Shown here: piece after piece, positions 1-9,638 of the stretch | Layout: the number at the start of each line of letters is the position of its first letter | Numbering within the stretch: position 1 is the stretch's first letter | Assembly (NCBI GenBank): GCA_963708295.1 | Contig: CAVPSJ010000004.1 | Location: 928,001-992,000 of the forward strand | Reading direction: 5' to 3' | Length of the DNA: 64,000 bases | From: an uncultured delta proteobacterium | GTDB lineage: Bacteria; Desulfobacterota; BSN033; UBA1163 | Made by a program: the position numbers and the translations under genes | Notes under the pieces: model-generated | Seen by the model: only the letters and a program-made list of their open reading frames with translations | The model's database searches: none | What the model was told of the DNA's origin: nothing

Positions 1-161
1 GTTGGAAGCTCCTTGTCTTCGCTTGTCCAGAAACCCTCTGGCCCTCTCACATTGGACACGCCTGATTCGGTACTGATGCCCGCCCCTGTCAAGATGACGA
101 TATTTACAGCCTCGAGTATCCATCGGGCCAATTTTTGAATTCGTTCTTCTAAGTCCTTCAT
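1..161 (-). CDS. Sir2/CobB-family NAD-dependent deacylase, N-terminal part (runs off the window)
   Basis: Manual translation MKDLEERIQKLARWILEAVNIVILTGAGISTESGVSNVRGPEGFWT contains the sirtuin TGAGISTESG motif; not in the ORF track. Confidence 0.8.
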   Translation of the reverse strand, partial: MKDLEERIQKLARWILEAVNIVILTGAGISTESGVSNVRGPEGFWTSEDKELP

Positions 162-473
162 CTTCGTCAACGATCCCCCTTTAACTTTCATTCAGGCCAG
201 ATGATATAAAACCGATGATGAGAGTAGCCGAGACCCTCGCCGGAACGAAGGTTTTCTTGCTAACGATGATCCGTGCCAGACCGCACGCCAGTCTATGGTT
301 CTTAAAAGGTACCAGGGAGGACGAGACGAGTCAATACCTATTCAAGAATTCTCCCACGAAGACATTTGTAACCTTTTCTGACCTGTCACTTCAAGCTTCT
401 TGAATTCGATTTATCATTGGACGGAGATTGGTTATAATACCCTTACCTTTGGCAGTCGCGAAAGGAAGGGAAG

Positions 474-1718
474 ATGGATCACAAAGATTGGGTGCGGCAG
501 GAATTGCGGAAATTGAGCCTATCTTTGGGCTTCCGGTATACGCCTCTTGAAGAGGTTGAGAAACGTCTCGTCCGCGTCAGAACCGGTATGGAAAATCAGG
601 GGATGGAGGGTCTTCTGGTGATTCAGAAGATGAATCTCTACTATCTTTCCGGGACCGCACAAGACGGCTTTCTCTTCGTACCTTTGGAGGGAGAGCCGTT
701 GCTCATGATTAAAAGGGAACTGGAGCGGGCCAAGGCAGAATCGCCGGTGAGGGATGTTGTCCCGTTAAAATCTAACCGAGAAATCCCTTCGCTGATACAG
801 GCCCATTACGGCAAAGTGCCTTCCATCGTGGGACTGGAGTTGGATATCCTTCCGGTAAGAGATTACTTCAAATTTCAGGGATTTTTCCCGGGCATCCAAT
901 TCATGGATGCCTCTTCGATCCTGGGAGAGACGCGGAAGATAAAATCCCTTTTTGAGATCGATCTGATGAGAAAAGCCGGAGAAATAGGAATGAAGGTTTA
1001 CCAGGAGGCAAGAGAGGTTCTTAAAGAGGGGATGACAGAAATTGAATTCGGTGGCTGCTTGGAAGCGGCCGCCAAGAAATATGGCCATGAAGGGCTTCTC
1101 AGGGTCAGGTCTCTGAACTATGAGGCTTATTCTTGGCACATCCTGAGTGGTCTCACAGGAGGAATTGTGAGTCAGTCGGATTCTCCCATGGGAGGTTTGG
1201 GGCTCTCGCCGGCCTTCCCAGTGGGAGCAAGCCTCAAGGTGATGAAGGCTCAGGAACCCATCTTGGTGGACTTCGGAACATGTTTTCATGGATATCAGGC
1301 AGACGAGACGCGGATGTTTTCCATTGGGAAAATGGAGCAGAAATTTATTGACGCTTACAACGCATGTAAAGAGATCCAGGATGCGGTTTTGGAAGAGACT
1401 CGACCGGGAGCGGATTGTGAGACCCTCTTTTTGAAAACCCTTCCGCTGGCTGAAAAACTGGGCTACAAGGACAGTTTCCTGGGCCCCCCGCGCCTACAGA
1501 CCCGTTTCATTGGACACGGCATCGGCCTGGAGCTGAACGAGTTGCCTTTCCTCGCCCAGAATCAATCTTATCCCCTTGAGGAAGGAATGACGTTTGCCGT
1601 GGAACCTAAAATCGTGTTTCCAGGAGAGGGGTCTGTGGGGATTGAGAATACGGTCGTGGTCACAAAGGACGGCTATCAGGTCATTACTCCGGCCGAACAG
1701 GAGATTTTTCAGCTGTGA
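474..1718 (+). CDS. Xaa-Pro aminopeptidase / M24 family metallopeptidase
   Basis: Creatinase-like N-terminus; M24 metal ligands VDFG..GYQADETR, GHGIGLE, VEPK, GIENT. Confidence 0.88.
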   Translation: MDHKDWVRQELRKLSLSLGFRYTPLEEVEKRLVRVRTGMENQGMEGLLVIQKMNLYYLSGTAQDGFLFVPLEGEPLLMIKRELERAKAESPVRDVVPLKSNREIPSLIQAHYGKVPSIVGLELDILPVRDYFKFQGFFPGIQFMDASSILGETRKIKSLFEIDLMRKAGEIGMKVYQEAREVLKEGMTEIEFGGCLEAAAKKYGHEGLLRVRSLNYEAYSWHILSGLTGGIVSQSDSPMGGLGLSPAFPVGASLKVMKAQEPILVDFGTCFHGYQADETRMFSIGKMEQKFIDAYNACKEIQDAVLEETRPGADCETLFLKTLPLAEKLGYKDSFLGPPRLQTRFIGHGIGLELNELPFLAQNQSYPLEEGMTFAVEPKIVFPGEGSVGIENTVVVTKDGYQVITPAEQEIFQL

Positions 1719-1772
1719 AGTTGGCTTTCTTGATACGTGGATCTGGGATGTGTATCAACCTGGCCGGAACGT

Positions 1773-1887
1773 GCCCCGTCTCGCTAGGCGGGGTCAAGGG
1801 GCACAATACAAATGAAACTTCCTTTGCTCGCATTCTGCTCGCCACTGCGTGCTCGGGAAGCCCCGCCCTGTGGGCGTGGAGCTTCAC
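1773..1887 (+). mobile_element. Possible non-autonomous IS200/IS605-type remnant (subterminal hairpins, no transposase)
   Basis: Hairpin tgccccgtctcgctaggcgggg and terminal gaagccccgccctgtgggcgtggagcttcac resembling an IS605-group right end. Confidence 0.35.
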
Positions 1888-1893
1888 AAAGGG

Positions 1894-2103
1894 TTAATCA
1901 AGTGTTATACCTGTAACATCCTCCATGGCTACACGCTGGAAAAAAATTTTCTTACCTCCTGAACGATTTCCTAAGACCATTCTTCCCCAATTCACAACCG
2001 ATTCGTTCGTTATTCGCTTTGGATCTTTTCTTCTCTCCGGCAAAATTCCGATAAATTCATATCCATTTGTTTCATCAAAACAGAATAACTCGTAAGCAAC
2101 CAT
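1894..2103 (-). CDS. Small hypothetical protein (69 aa)
   Basis: ORF with RBS-like gagg and a sigma-54-type promoter upstream; protein-like sequence (IGILPERRKDPKRIT). Confidence 0.65.
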   Translation of the reverse strand: MVAYELFCFDETNGYEFIGILPERRKDPKRITNESVVNWGRMVLGNRSGGKKIFFQRVAMEDVTGITLD

Positions 2104-2148
2104 ATATCAGGAAGACCTCTATCCAATGATTTTAATTGACCTTAGGGC

Positions 2149-2164
2149 AGCATTTTTCATACCA
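2149..2164 (-). promoter_or_regulatory. Putative sigma-54 promoter for the 69-aa gene
   Basis: Minus strand TGGTATGAAAAATGCT, GG-N10-GC spacing. Confidence 0.55.
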
Positions 2165-2376
2165 AATTTCGTTATCTTTATAACACTCTATAATTAAAGG
2201 ATTTATCCCTATTTGTGCTGGAGTAAGGTTGAAAGACATTTTGTACAAAATTGAACAGTTTTCATAGATAAACTGTCCTATTCCCTTTCTTCAAGAAGAT
2301 CCCATTATCCTGCAATTTGAATAAGGAGATCCGTGCGCCGTCTAAATGAATAAAGATGAAGGAAAGGAGTGATACT

Positions 2377-2562
2377 ATGAATACGAAGCTGATTCTCATT
2401 GGAATTCTGCTTCTTGCCAGTCTGACATTCTCAGGGTGTGTATGGTATGGGGGACATGGTTCTGGGACCTATGGCTATTCCCATGATCAAGGATATGGAG
2501 ACCGTGGTGACTGGGATCGTGGCCATCATAGTTCGGGGCGTGGCTACGGTCATTGGCGATGA
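2377..2562 (+). CDS. Small Gly/His/Tyr-rich lipoprotein
   Basis: RBS aaggag; hydrophobic signal with lipobox FSG-C; low-complexity mature part. Confidence 0.7.
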   Translation: MNTKLILIGILLLASLTFSGCVWYGGHGSGTYGYSHDQGYGDRGDWDRGHHSSGRGYGHWR

Positions 2563-2730
2563 AATAAGAAAGCGGAGGGAAAGCCTCTCACTTATTGAGG
2601 CTTTCCCCCCGGCAGTGGAGACATACCCAACCCGATTGTCCCACCCTGACCGTTCTATCGGCATCTCCCCTCCGTCATGATTACGATACAATCTCCAAGG
2701 GGAGAGGGATGCCTTAGGGGCAGGTCACAT

Positions 2731-3104
2731 GAACCTGCTGAAAAACTCACTTTCTTCGGGCTGATCAAAAATGCCCCCGCCTGCGCCGAGACTTCGGCAG
2801 GCAGATGCAAGTTACTAAGGAGTCCATCATAAAGAAGACATATGTTTCGGAAATCTCCCCCCTGCCTTCGCCCCGCAAGGCGGGGCTTCGCGCAGGGAGG
2901 TCACCCCTCTTTGCCAAAGAGGGGTAATTCCTCCCTTTTGTAAAGGGAGGGAAGGAGGGATTTAGTCTTCAGTGTCCATATAATTATGGACTGATTAGTA
3001 AATCTGCGAAATCCCGTTTACGGGGGCACCCGAAATCCTTGTAGGGGACGCATATATGCGTCCTCTACGACGTACGCCGCAGAAGGGCGTTTTTCAGCAG
3101 CCTG
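2731..3104. mobile_element. Composite of nested miniature inverted-repeat elements
   Basis: Outer inverted repeats ctgctgaaaaa...tttttcagcag; inner inverted repeats tactaaggagtccat...atggactgattagta; several internal GC-rich hairpins. Confidence 0.6.
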
Positions 3105-3173
3105 CGTGGCATCATTGTCAAGCCTGTATCGCATCATTTGACCCTTGCTGGAACAAATGATAAGCTTTCTCTG

Positions 3174-3857
3174 ATGAACAATGAGAGGAGTCAGCTTTTT
3201 GATCAATGGCCTGAGGCGTACGATAGATGGTTCATAACGCCGACCGGCTCGCTCGTAAAAAAGTATGAAATTGAATTGATCCTGAATTTGTTAACTCCCA
3301 AAGAAGGTGAAATCATTCTGGATGCTGGCTGCGGGACGGGGATCTTCACATCTGATATTCTCTCCTCAGGCTCAAAGGTCATAGGGCTGGATCTATCCTT
3401 TCCCATGCTCAGGAGAGCAGAAAAGAAACTTGGAGGATACCCCTTTCGGATTGTTTTGGGTGACATGCTCAACTTGCCTTTTTCGGAAGGTTCCTTTGAC
3501 AAAGCGGTTTCAGTCACCGCCCTTGAATTCATTGAAGATGGAAGGACTGCCGTGGGCGAACTATTTCGTGTTACGAAGAGAGGAGGGGTCGTTGTGGTGG
3601 CCACCCTGAACAGCCTGAGCCCATGGGCCTTTCGCAGGAGAGGCGAAGCAAAGGAAAGGAACAGTATATTTGAAAAAGCAATTTTTAGGCCTCCTGATGA
3701 ACTGCGCTCTCTTTCTCCCTCGGCAGGTGCGGTCGACACAGCGATCCATTTTCAAAAAGGAGATGATCCAGAGCGGGCTGTTGAGATTGAGCAGGAAGGA
3801 AAAAGAAGACATTTGAACACAGGGGCTTTTGTCGCTGCGCGTTGGGAAAAAAAGTAG
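3174..3857 (+). CDS. Class I SAM-dependent methyltransferase
   Basis: ILDAGCGTG motif I, GLDLS, GDMLNLPF..FD. Confidence 0.88.
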   Translation: MNNERSQLFDQWPEAYDRWFITPTGSLVKKYEIELILNLLTPKEGEIILDAGCGTGIFTSDILSSGSKVIGLDLSFPMLRRAEKKLGGYPFRIVLGDMLNLPFSEGSFDKAVSVTALEFIEDGRTAVGELFRVTKRGGVVVVATLNSLSPWAFRRRGEAKERNSIFEKAIFRPPDELRSLSPSAGAVDTAIHFQKGDDPERAVEIEQEGKRRHLNTGAFVAARWEKK

Positions 3858-3932
3858 CCATTCTCCGGTAAGGTGGAAGCTTTTTTGAGGGTTTCCTAAG
3901 AAAGAAATCGAGGCCCGTCAGAGGAGGCAAGA

Positions 3933-4133
3933 ATGGATCAGAAGAAAAAGCTGGTCGTCGTCATCGAGCACTGGATCGAACATAACGAGAGCCACGGAAG
4001 TGAGTACAAGAAATGGGCTCAAACAGCGGGTGAACTAGGACTGGATTCAGTCAAGGCTGAAATCGAAGAAGCCGTTGAAAAAATCTCAGAAGCAAACCGA
4101 CATCTCGCGGAAGCGTTGAAAATAGTGGAATAG
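3933..4133 (+). CDS. Small helical hypothetical protein, probably metal-binding
   Basis: RBS gaggagg; HWIEHNESH His cluster. Confidence 0.7.
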   Translation: MDQKKKLVVVIEHWIEHNESHGSEYKKWAQTAGELGLDSVKAEIEEAVEKISEANRHLAEALKIVE

Positions 4134-4362
4134 ACGTCCTCCTCGCTCCCTCGAGGAGCCTTCATCTTACTTTTTGTGCAGAAGGCATCGGATCTCTACT
4201 CGAACATCTACTGGAGAATCGGGAAAAGTATGCCGGCGAGCCAATGTCGCGTCAAGGAACATCCTGTCTGATAGACCCCCTGCGCTTCATCTCTTAAACT
4301 GATCTGTGCAGCTCCCAAGGAGTATCAATAATCAAACGGGCTTTGACGCCCTTGTGGGTAAG

Positions 4363-5151
4363 TCATTGCCCCCTCAAGAACGCTAACAGGGCTGCGTTGA
4401 AACCTTCGGCCTGCTCCACATTGGAGAGGTGGCGGGCAGAGGGCAATACCACCAACTTTGAGTTTGCGATACGCTTGTGCATGGCCTCTGAGGCGGCGAC
4501 CGGTGTTCCAGGATCGTCTTCCCCGACGATGATCAGAGTGGGAGTCTTGATCCCGGAAATGCGGTCCAGATAATGAAGCCTTCGAATCGCTTCCGCGCAG
4601 CCCATATAACCTGCCACGGGGGTAGCGAGGATCTGCTCCCGAATCAACTCGACCATGGGAGGGTCCTGTCTGAGGAAAGCTGGAGTAAACCAGCGCTCCA
4701 GGGTTTCTCCGGATAGAATCTCCATTCCTTTCTTGCGTACCTTATCCAGACGCTCTTGCCATAACGGTTGCGCCTCTGACGGGACGACGGAGGCCGTATC
4801 ACACAAGGCGAGGCTCCTCAGGCGATGTGGATGATTCAGGACAAGGCACTGACCGATCATCCCGCCCATCGACAACCCAACAAAGTGCACTCGATCCATA
4901 TCCAAGGCGTCCAATAAACAAATGACGTCCTCCGCCAAAAGCTCCAGGGTATAAGGGCCGGAAGGGGCGTCGCTCGCACCGTGGCCCCGGGTATCATACC
5001 GCAGTACTTTAAAATAAGGATTCAAGACATCGATCTGAGGATTCCACATCAGGAGACTGCTACTCAGGGAATGGCTCAAAATGACCGCCGGAGCGTCCTT
5101 TTTCCCGGAGAGTTCGTAGTTCATCCAAATTCCGTTGGCTTTGATTCGCAT
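4363..5151 (-). CDS. pcaD: Alpha/beta hydrolase, 3-oxoadipate enol-lactonase (PcaD)-like
   Basis: SHSL, RYDTRGHG, GLSMGG nucleophile elbow, HLSNVEQ; start trimmed to MRIKANG after ggaga. Confidence 0.75.
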   Translation of the reverse strand: MRIKANGIWMNYELSGKKDAPAVILSHSLSSSLLMWNPQIDVLNPYFKVLRYDTRGHGASDAPSGPYTLELLAEDVICLLDALDMDRVHFVGLSMGGMIGQCLVLNHPHRLRSLALCDTASVVPSEAQPLWQERLDKVRKKGMEILSGETLERWFTPAFLRQDPPMVELIREQILATPVAGYMGCAEAIRRLHYLDRISGIKTPTLIIVGEDDPGTPVAASEAMHKRIANSKLVVLPSARHLSNVEQAEGFNAALLAFLRGQ

Positions 5152-5312
5152 TGTGTCTCCGATCGAGCCGTATTCTCCCAATACGTCAATGATTCTTGAA
5201 CCGTAGACTCAGACGGATCTTCATACTTCCTTGATCGATCAGAAATCCATTATAAAAGGAAAGGGTGCCTACTTGTCAACGGAAACCGGAGTAAGCTACC
5301 TCTCTTTTTCTC

Positions 5313-5341
5313 TTGACAAAGGGAGAAAAAGAAGTTATTCT
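5313..5341 (+). promoter_or_regulatory. Sigma-70-type promoter
   Basis: TTGACA-N17-TATTCT. Confidence 0.65.
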
Positions 5342-5350
5342 GGTCTCAGT

Positions 5351-5366
5351 TACCATAGGGGGGTAT
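5351..5366. promoter_or_regulatory. CsoR/CstR-type operator
   Basis: TACCATAGGGGGGTAT: G-tract flanked by TACC/GGTA inverted repeat, just before the repressor start codon. Confidence 0.65.
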
Positions 5367-5369
5367 AGT

Positions 5370-5645
5370 ATGGATCCGGAAAAGAAAGAGGTCTTGCTGA
5401 GGTTACGAAGGATTGAGGGGCAAATCCGAGGCCTTCAGAGGATGGTCGAAGAAGGCGTTCCTTGTACGGATGTTCTGACCCAGGTGGCGGCGGCCACAGC
5501 CGCTATGAAAAAGGTGGGAACGGTCGTTGTTAAAACATATATGGAAGAATGTCTGGATAAGACTCAGAAGAAATCCGGTGTGAGGCGAGAGGATGCCTTA
5601 AAAGATTTTCAGAAGGCCGTTTCTCGGTATATCGATTGGGCCTGA
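5370..5645 (+). CDS. CsoR/RcnR-family repressor, CstR-like
   Basis: RLRRIEGQIRGLQRM..C.DVLTQVAA; second Cys in YMEEC; the Cu-ligand His is replaced by Tyr. Confidence 0.85.
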   Translation: MDPEKKEVLLRLRRIEGQIRGLQRMVEEGVPCTDVLTQVAAATAAMKKVGTVVVKTYMEECLDKTQKKSGVRREDALKDFQKAVSRYIDWA

Positions 5646-5681
5646 CCGTCGTAATAGTATAGATAAAAAGGAGGAGCGAAC

Positions 5682-6278
5682 ATGAGTGAAGCCTTAGCGA
5701 CAAGGAGTGAGGAGACCAGAAGAGGCACGATGACGGTAGACGATCTGGCGAGACAGTTAGCGGATCTGAGGAGGCAGGTTGAAAACATCAAACCAGGGGT
5801 CGATGACCGGGTGTCGATCATCGTCTTTAGCGGGGATCTGGACAAGGTGCTGGCCGCCTTTGTAATTGCAACGGGAGCAGTGGCCATGGGAATGGAAGCG
5901 GTGATGTTCTTTACCTTTTGGGGCACCCCGGTTCTGAGAGATGCGAAGAAGAGCGTAGGGGGTAAAGATCTGATGGGGAAGATGTTCGGATTCATGCTTC
6001 CGAAGGGGAGGAATGCGATCAAGCTTTCGAAGATGAACATGGGGGGGATGGGGACCTCGCTGATGAAATCGTTGATGAAAAAGAAGAATGTGGCCTCGTT
6101 GGACCAGATGCTCCAGATGGCGGGAGAGCTCGGAGTGAAGATTACCATTTGTGAGATGTCGATGAATCTGATGGGGTTTCAGCAGGGAGAATTCATTGAC
6201 TATCCGAACCTGGAGTATGCGGGGGTGGCCGCGTTCCTGGAGCAGGCTAAAAACAGCAAGGTCCAGCTCTTCATTTAG
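5682..6278 (+). CDS. DsrE/DsrF/DrsH-like (DsrE2-type) sulfur relay protein
   Basis: SIIVFSGDLDK, MFFTFWG, CEMSMNLMG, GVAAFL motifs. Confidence 0.88.
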   Translation: MSEALATRSEETRRGTMTVDDLARQLADLRRQVENIKPGVDDRVSIIVFSGDLDKVLAAFVIATGAVAMGMEAVMFFTFWGTPVLRDAKKSVGGKDLMGKMFGFMLPKGRNAIKLSKMNMGGMGTSLMKSLMKKKNVASLDQMLQMAGELGVKITICEMSMNLMGFQQGEFIDYPNLEYAGVAAFLEQAKNSKVQLFI

Positions 6279-6322
6279 GTGTACTCATAAATATTCGGGC
6301 CCGTAGAAAGGAGAAAAGTAAA

Positions 6323-6529
6323 ATGGGATCGAGCATAAAAGTGAAAGGGATGAGCTGCCAGCATTGCGTGATGTCTGTCACGAAGGCGCTGGGTCAGCTG
6401 GAAGGAATCAAGAACGTTCAGGTGGACCTTGCCCAAGGAGAGGTCCGGTTTGATAATACGAAAGAGATCGCGTCCGGCCGGATTGAGAAAGCCGTCACCG
6501 ATGCAGGCTATCAAGTGGTTCCGTCATAG
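6323..6529 (+). CDS. copZ: Heavy-metal-associated domain chaperone (CopZ-like)
   Basis: GMSCQHC motif, 68 aa. Confidence 0.85.
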   Translation: MGSSIKVKGMSCQHCVMSVTKALGQLEGIKNVQVDLAQGEVRFDNTKEIASGRIEKAVTDAGYQVVPS

Positions 6530-6539
6530 GACGAAACAG

Positions 6540-6690
6540 TTAAATCCGAAGCGCGAATTTCGAAATCCGAAAGAAATTCGAATTTTCGAAATGAACATTC
6601 TACAAGGTCCCTAAAAAAAGACTGCCTGGAGTTTTGAAAATTTGAAATTAGGATTTGTTTCGAGTTTCGATATTCGAAATTCGAATTTAT
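6540..6690. repeat. Inverted short-tandem-repeat hairpin (CGAAAT/ATTTCG-type units)
   Basis: Imperfect ~7-nt repeats on the left arm mirrored by their complement on the right arm. Confidence 0.7.
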
Positions 6691-6711
6691 GATCTAAAGG
6701 GAGGGAAAGAA

Positions 6712-6921
6712 ATGCCTATCTATGAATATCGATGTCGCAAGTGTGAGTTCATCTTTGAGAGATTCCAGAAGGTCAACGAAGGGGGGGAGTCTTTGACCTG
6801 CCCTGCCTGTGGGGAAAAGAAGCCTGAGAAGATTCTTTCCGGCTTTTCTTCTTCCAGGGGAACGGAGTCAACCTCATCGTGCGGCTCTTCGGGTGGCTCG
6901 TCTAGATTCAGCTGAGGCTGA
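6712..6921 (+). CDS. FmdB-family zinc-ribbon protein, candidate selenoprotein (...RFS-U-G); ends at 6915 if UGA is a stop
   Basis: MPIYEYRCRKC...CPAC; 3' end AGC TGA GGC TGA followed by a SECIS-like hairpin. Confidence 0.8.
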
Positions 6922-6953
6922 TCGCCACCGGTGGTTCACCGGTTTAATGAGTT
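6916..6953 (+). promoter_or_regulatory. Candidate bacterial SECIS element
   Basis: Stem accggtg/caccggt (6927-6943) with a G-initiated loop 18 nt after the UGA at 6913-6915. Confidence 0.55.
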
Positions 6954-7183
6954 TGTTTCCCTGGGTCATCCTGACCAACTCCTACCGCGTCCAATCTACC
7001 TTTGGGTGCACGGAGGGGGTGCTTTTATTCATTGTATGAAATCCGAACGTACGTTTCAAGAAAAAAGCGGCGCCAGACCCCGCAATCAAACACTTCCAGA
7101 ATGATCACGGGACGTGATGAATATCAAGAGAGCAGCCCCGGCGTTAGGCGCAAATGGAAGGACAGACGAACCTACAAAAAGGA

Positions 7184-7215
7184 AGGGCCCGATCCTCATG
7201 CTGAGGTCGGGCCCT
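7184..7215 (-). terminator. Hairpin downstream of rplQ, putative terminator
   Basis: agggcccga...tcgggccct stem followed by ccttttt on the minus strand. Confidence 0.6.
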
Positions 7216-7234
7216 TCGCAAGCTCAAGAGATCC

Positions 7235-7834
7235 TCATTTACTTTTTTCTTCGGAGGATTTCTTCTTTGGTTTCGCCTTCTTCTCTTTGGGGGCTTCTTT
7301 TTCCACTTTCTTGACCTTCTTTTCTTTCTTCTCTTCTTTTGCCTTTTCCTTTGGCTTTTCTTTCGGCTTCTCCTTGTCCTTCTCTTTCTTTTCTACCTTT
7401 TCCTTCTTTTTTGGGGTCACCTTTCCGAGAACTTCTTTGGCTTTTGCGATGGTCGATTTCTTCTTCTCCTCGGGATGAGCAAAGGTGACCAGTTCCACGA
7501 GGGAGAGGGGGGCCGCATCCCCCTGCCGCCATCCTAATTTGTAAACCCGGGTATAACCTCCCTGGCGGTCCTTTAATTTGGGGGCGATTTCATCGAAGAG
7601 TTTCTTGACGATCCCCTTATCCCGGAGGAGGGAAAAGGCTCGTCTTCTGGCATGCAGCGTTCCCTTTTTTCCTAAACTGATCATCTTGTCTGCCCAACTT
7701 CGAAGCTCTTTTCCCTTCGCCAAGGTGGTTTTGATCCGTTCATGTTGGAGCAGCGAGACCAACATATTCCGGAACATCAGCTCTCGATGCTGAGTATGGC
7801 GACTTAATTTCCTGCCTGCAACACGATGCCTCAT
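7235..7834 (-). CDS. rplQ: 50S ribosomal protein L17 with Lys/Glu-rich C-terminal extension
   Basis: [12 protein letters not shown]..., GGYTRV. Confidence 0.98.
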   Translation of the reverse strand: MRHRVAGRKLSRHTQHRELMFRNMLVSLLQHERIKTTLAKGKELRSWADKMISLGKKGTLHARRRAFSLLRDKGIVKKLFDEIAPKLKDRQGGYTRVYKLGWRQGDAAPLSLVELVTFAHPEEKKKSTIAKAKEVLGKVTPKKKEKVEKKEKDKEKPKEKPKEKAKEEKKEKKVKKVEKEAPKEKKAKPKKKSSEEKSK

Positions 7835-7843
7835 TCCTGACTC

Positions 7844-8860
7844 CTATCCAATGGCTCCGGATTCCATTTCCTCTTCAGATTTCTTGGGGGGCCAATTATC
7901 CAATTTCATTCCTAAACTGAGTCCCATCTCCGTCAAAATCTCCTTGATCTCGTTAAGAGATTTTCGGCCGAAGTTCTTGGTGGCCAGGATTTCCGCCTCT
8001 GTTTTTTGAACCAGATCGCCGATCAACTTAATGTTCGCATGCTTCAGGCAATTTGCGGACCGGACGGAGAGTTCGAGTTCATCCACACTTCGGAGGAGGT
8101 TTTCATTAAAGGCCTCCTTTTCCTCCTCATCTTCAGGATACGACATTTCCTCCTCTTCCTCTTCAAAGGTGATGAAGATGGAGAGTTGATCTTTCAAAAT
8201 CTTTGCCGAATGGGCGACGGCTTCCTCCGGATTCAAACTTCCATCGGTCCAGACCTCCAAGATCAGCTTGTCATAATCGGTGATCTGTCCCACGCGGGCA
8301 TTCGTCACGGCGTAATTCACCTTCTTGATCGGAGAAAAGATAGAGTCCATGGGAATGGTCCCAATCGGTTGGCCCTCTTCTTTATTGCGCTCTGCAGGGA
8401 CATACCCCCTCCCCATCTTCACCACCATCTCCATGGAAAGCTTGCCATCTCTCGAGAGCGTAGCAATATAATGGTCCGGGTTGAGAATTTCTACCGCATC
8501 GCCCGTAAGGATATCCCCCGCCTTCAGGACTTTGGGGCCCTCTGCCTTCACCCGGATGGTTTTCGGCCCTTCGGTATGAAGCTTTAACCGGACCTCTTTG
8601 AGGTTGAGAATGATCTCCGTGATATCTTCCTTGGTTCCGGGGATGGTCGAAAACTCATGGAGCACCCCGTCGACCTTAAGGGACGTGATCGCTCCCCCCT
8701 GCAAGGAAGAGAGGAGGATTCGTCGAAGGGAATTCCCGATGGTAATGCCGAAACCCCTTTCAAAGGGCTCCGCCGTAAACTTTCCATAAGTGGGTGTCAG
8801 CGTTTCTTTTTCTACTTCTAACCGTTTCGGTCGAATCAGGTCTTTCCAACTTTTTTGCAT
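7844..8860 (-). CDS. rpoA: RNA polymerase alpha subunit
   Basis: [34 protein letters not shown]. Confidence 0.99.
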   Translation of the reverse strand: MQKSWKDLIRPKRLEVEKETLTPTYGKFTAEPFERGFGITIGNSLRRILLSSLQGGAITSLKVDGVLHEFSTIPGTKEDITEIILNLKEVRLKLHTEGPKTIRVKAEGPKVLKAGDILTGDAVEILNPDHYIATLSRDGKLSMEMVVKMGRGYVPAERNKEEGQPIGTIPMDSIFSPIKKVNYAVTNARVGQITDYDKLILEVWTDGSLNPEEAVAHSAKILKDQLSIFITFEEEEEEMSYPEDEEEKEAFNENLLRSVDELELSVRSANCLKHANIKLIGDLVQKTEAEILATKNFGRKSLNEIKEILTEMGLSLGMKLDNWPPKKSEEEMESGAIG

Positions 8861-8872
8861 ATCGCCTCCAAA

Positions 8873-9499
8873 TCACTTCGAGTACAACTCGACGATCAAC
8901 TTCTCTTGGATGGGGAGCGTAACGTCTTCGCGGCTGGGCAGCCCCTTCATGCTCCCCTTCAGCTGATCTTTATCCAATTCCAGCCATTGGGGCACCCCTC
9001 GCCGTGCTACCCCTTCCAGAGCCTCAAGGACGCGTACCACCTTCTTACTCTTCTCTCGGATCTCGATGACATCTCCGGGTTTCACGAGATAGGAAGGAAT
9101 GTTTACTTTAGACTGATTGACTAGGAAATGATTATGCCGGACGAGCTGGCGTGCTTCGTCTCTTGAATTGGCAAAGCCGAGCCGGTAGACAATGTTGTCT
9201 AATCTCCTTTCCAAAAGAGCGAGGAGGGTTTCTCCGGTAATCCCCTTTTGTCGATCCGCCTCTTTAAAAATGTTGCGGAACTGGTTTTCCAAGATTCCGT
9301 AAATCCTTTTCACTTTCTGTTTTTCCCGAAGCTGGGTTCCGTATTCCGAGAATTTTTTCCGAGACTGGCCATGTTGTCCGGGAGGGTAATTCCTACGGTC
9401 GTACGCGCACTTCTCCGTATAGCATCTTTCTCCTTTGAGGAAGAGCTTGAGATTTTCCCTTCGACAAAGCCGACAATTCGTTTTCGTGTATCTTGCCAA
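8873..9499 (-). CDS. rpsD: 30S ribosomal protein S4
   Basis: [25 protein letters not shown]; TTG start. Confidence 0.99.
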   Translation of the reverse strand: MARYTKTNCRLCRRENLKLFLKGERCYTEKCAYDRRNYPPGQHGQSRKKFSEYGTQLREKQKVKRIYGILENQFRNIFKEADRQKGITGETLLALLERRLDNIVYRLGFANSRDEARQLVRHNHFLVNQSKVNIPSYLVKPGDVIEIREKSKKVVRVLEALEGVARRGVPQWLELDKDQLKGSMKGLPSREDVTLPIQEKLIVELYSK

Positions 9500-9527
9500 C
9501 GCAGTTCCTCCTAGTTTAATTCCATTG

Positions 9528-9638
9528 AACTTGATTACGAAGATTAAATAAAATATGATTACACCGATCGAGCCTCAAGATTACGCGGCCCAAAAACCTG
9601 TTTGAATCTGTGTAATCCCGTTTAGAAATCTGTGTAAT
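9528..9638. repeat. Inverted short-repeat hairpin (GATTAC/GTAATC units)
   Basis: gattac x3 followed by aatctgtgtaatc x2. Confidence 0.6.

Noticed and set aside
6960-7180. Structured ncRNA between the FmdB gene and rplQ
   Set aside because: No recognisable tRNA, SRP, tmRNA or riboswitch motif by eye; an Rfam search would be needed.
7235-7480. Lys/Glu-rich low-complexity repeat as a separate element
   Set aside because: It is the in-frame C-terminal extension of L17, seen in various bacteria.
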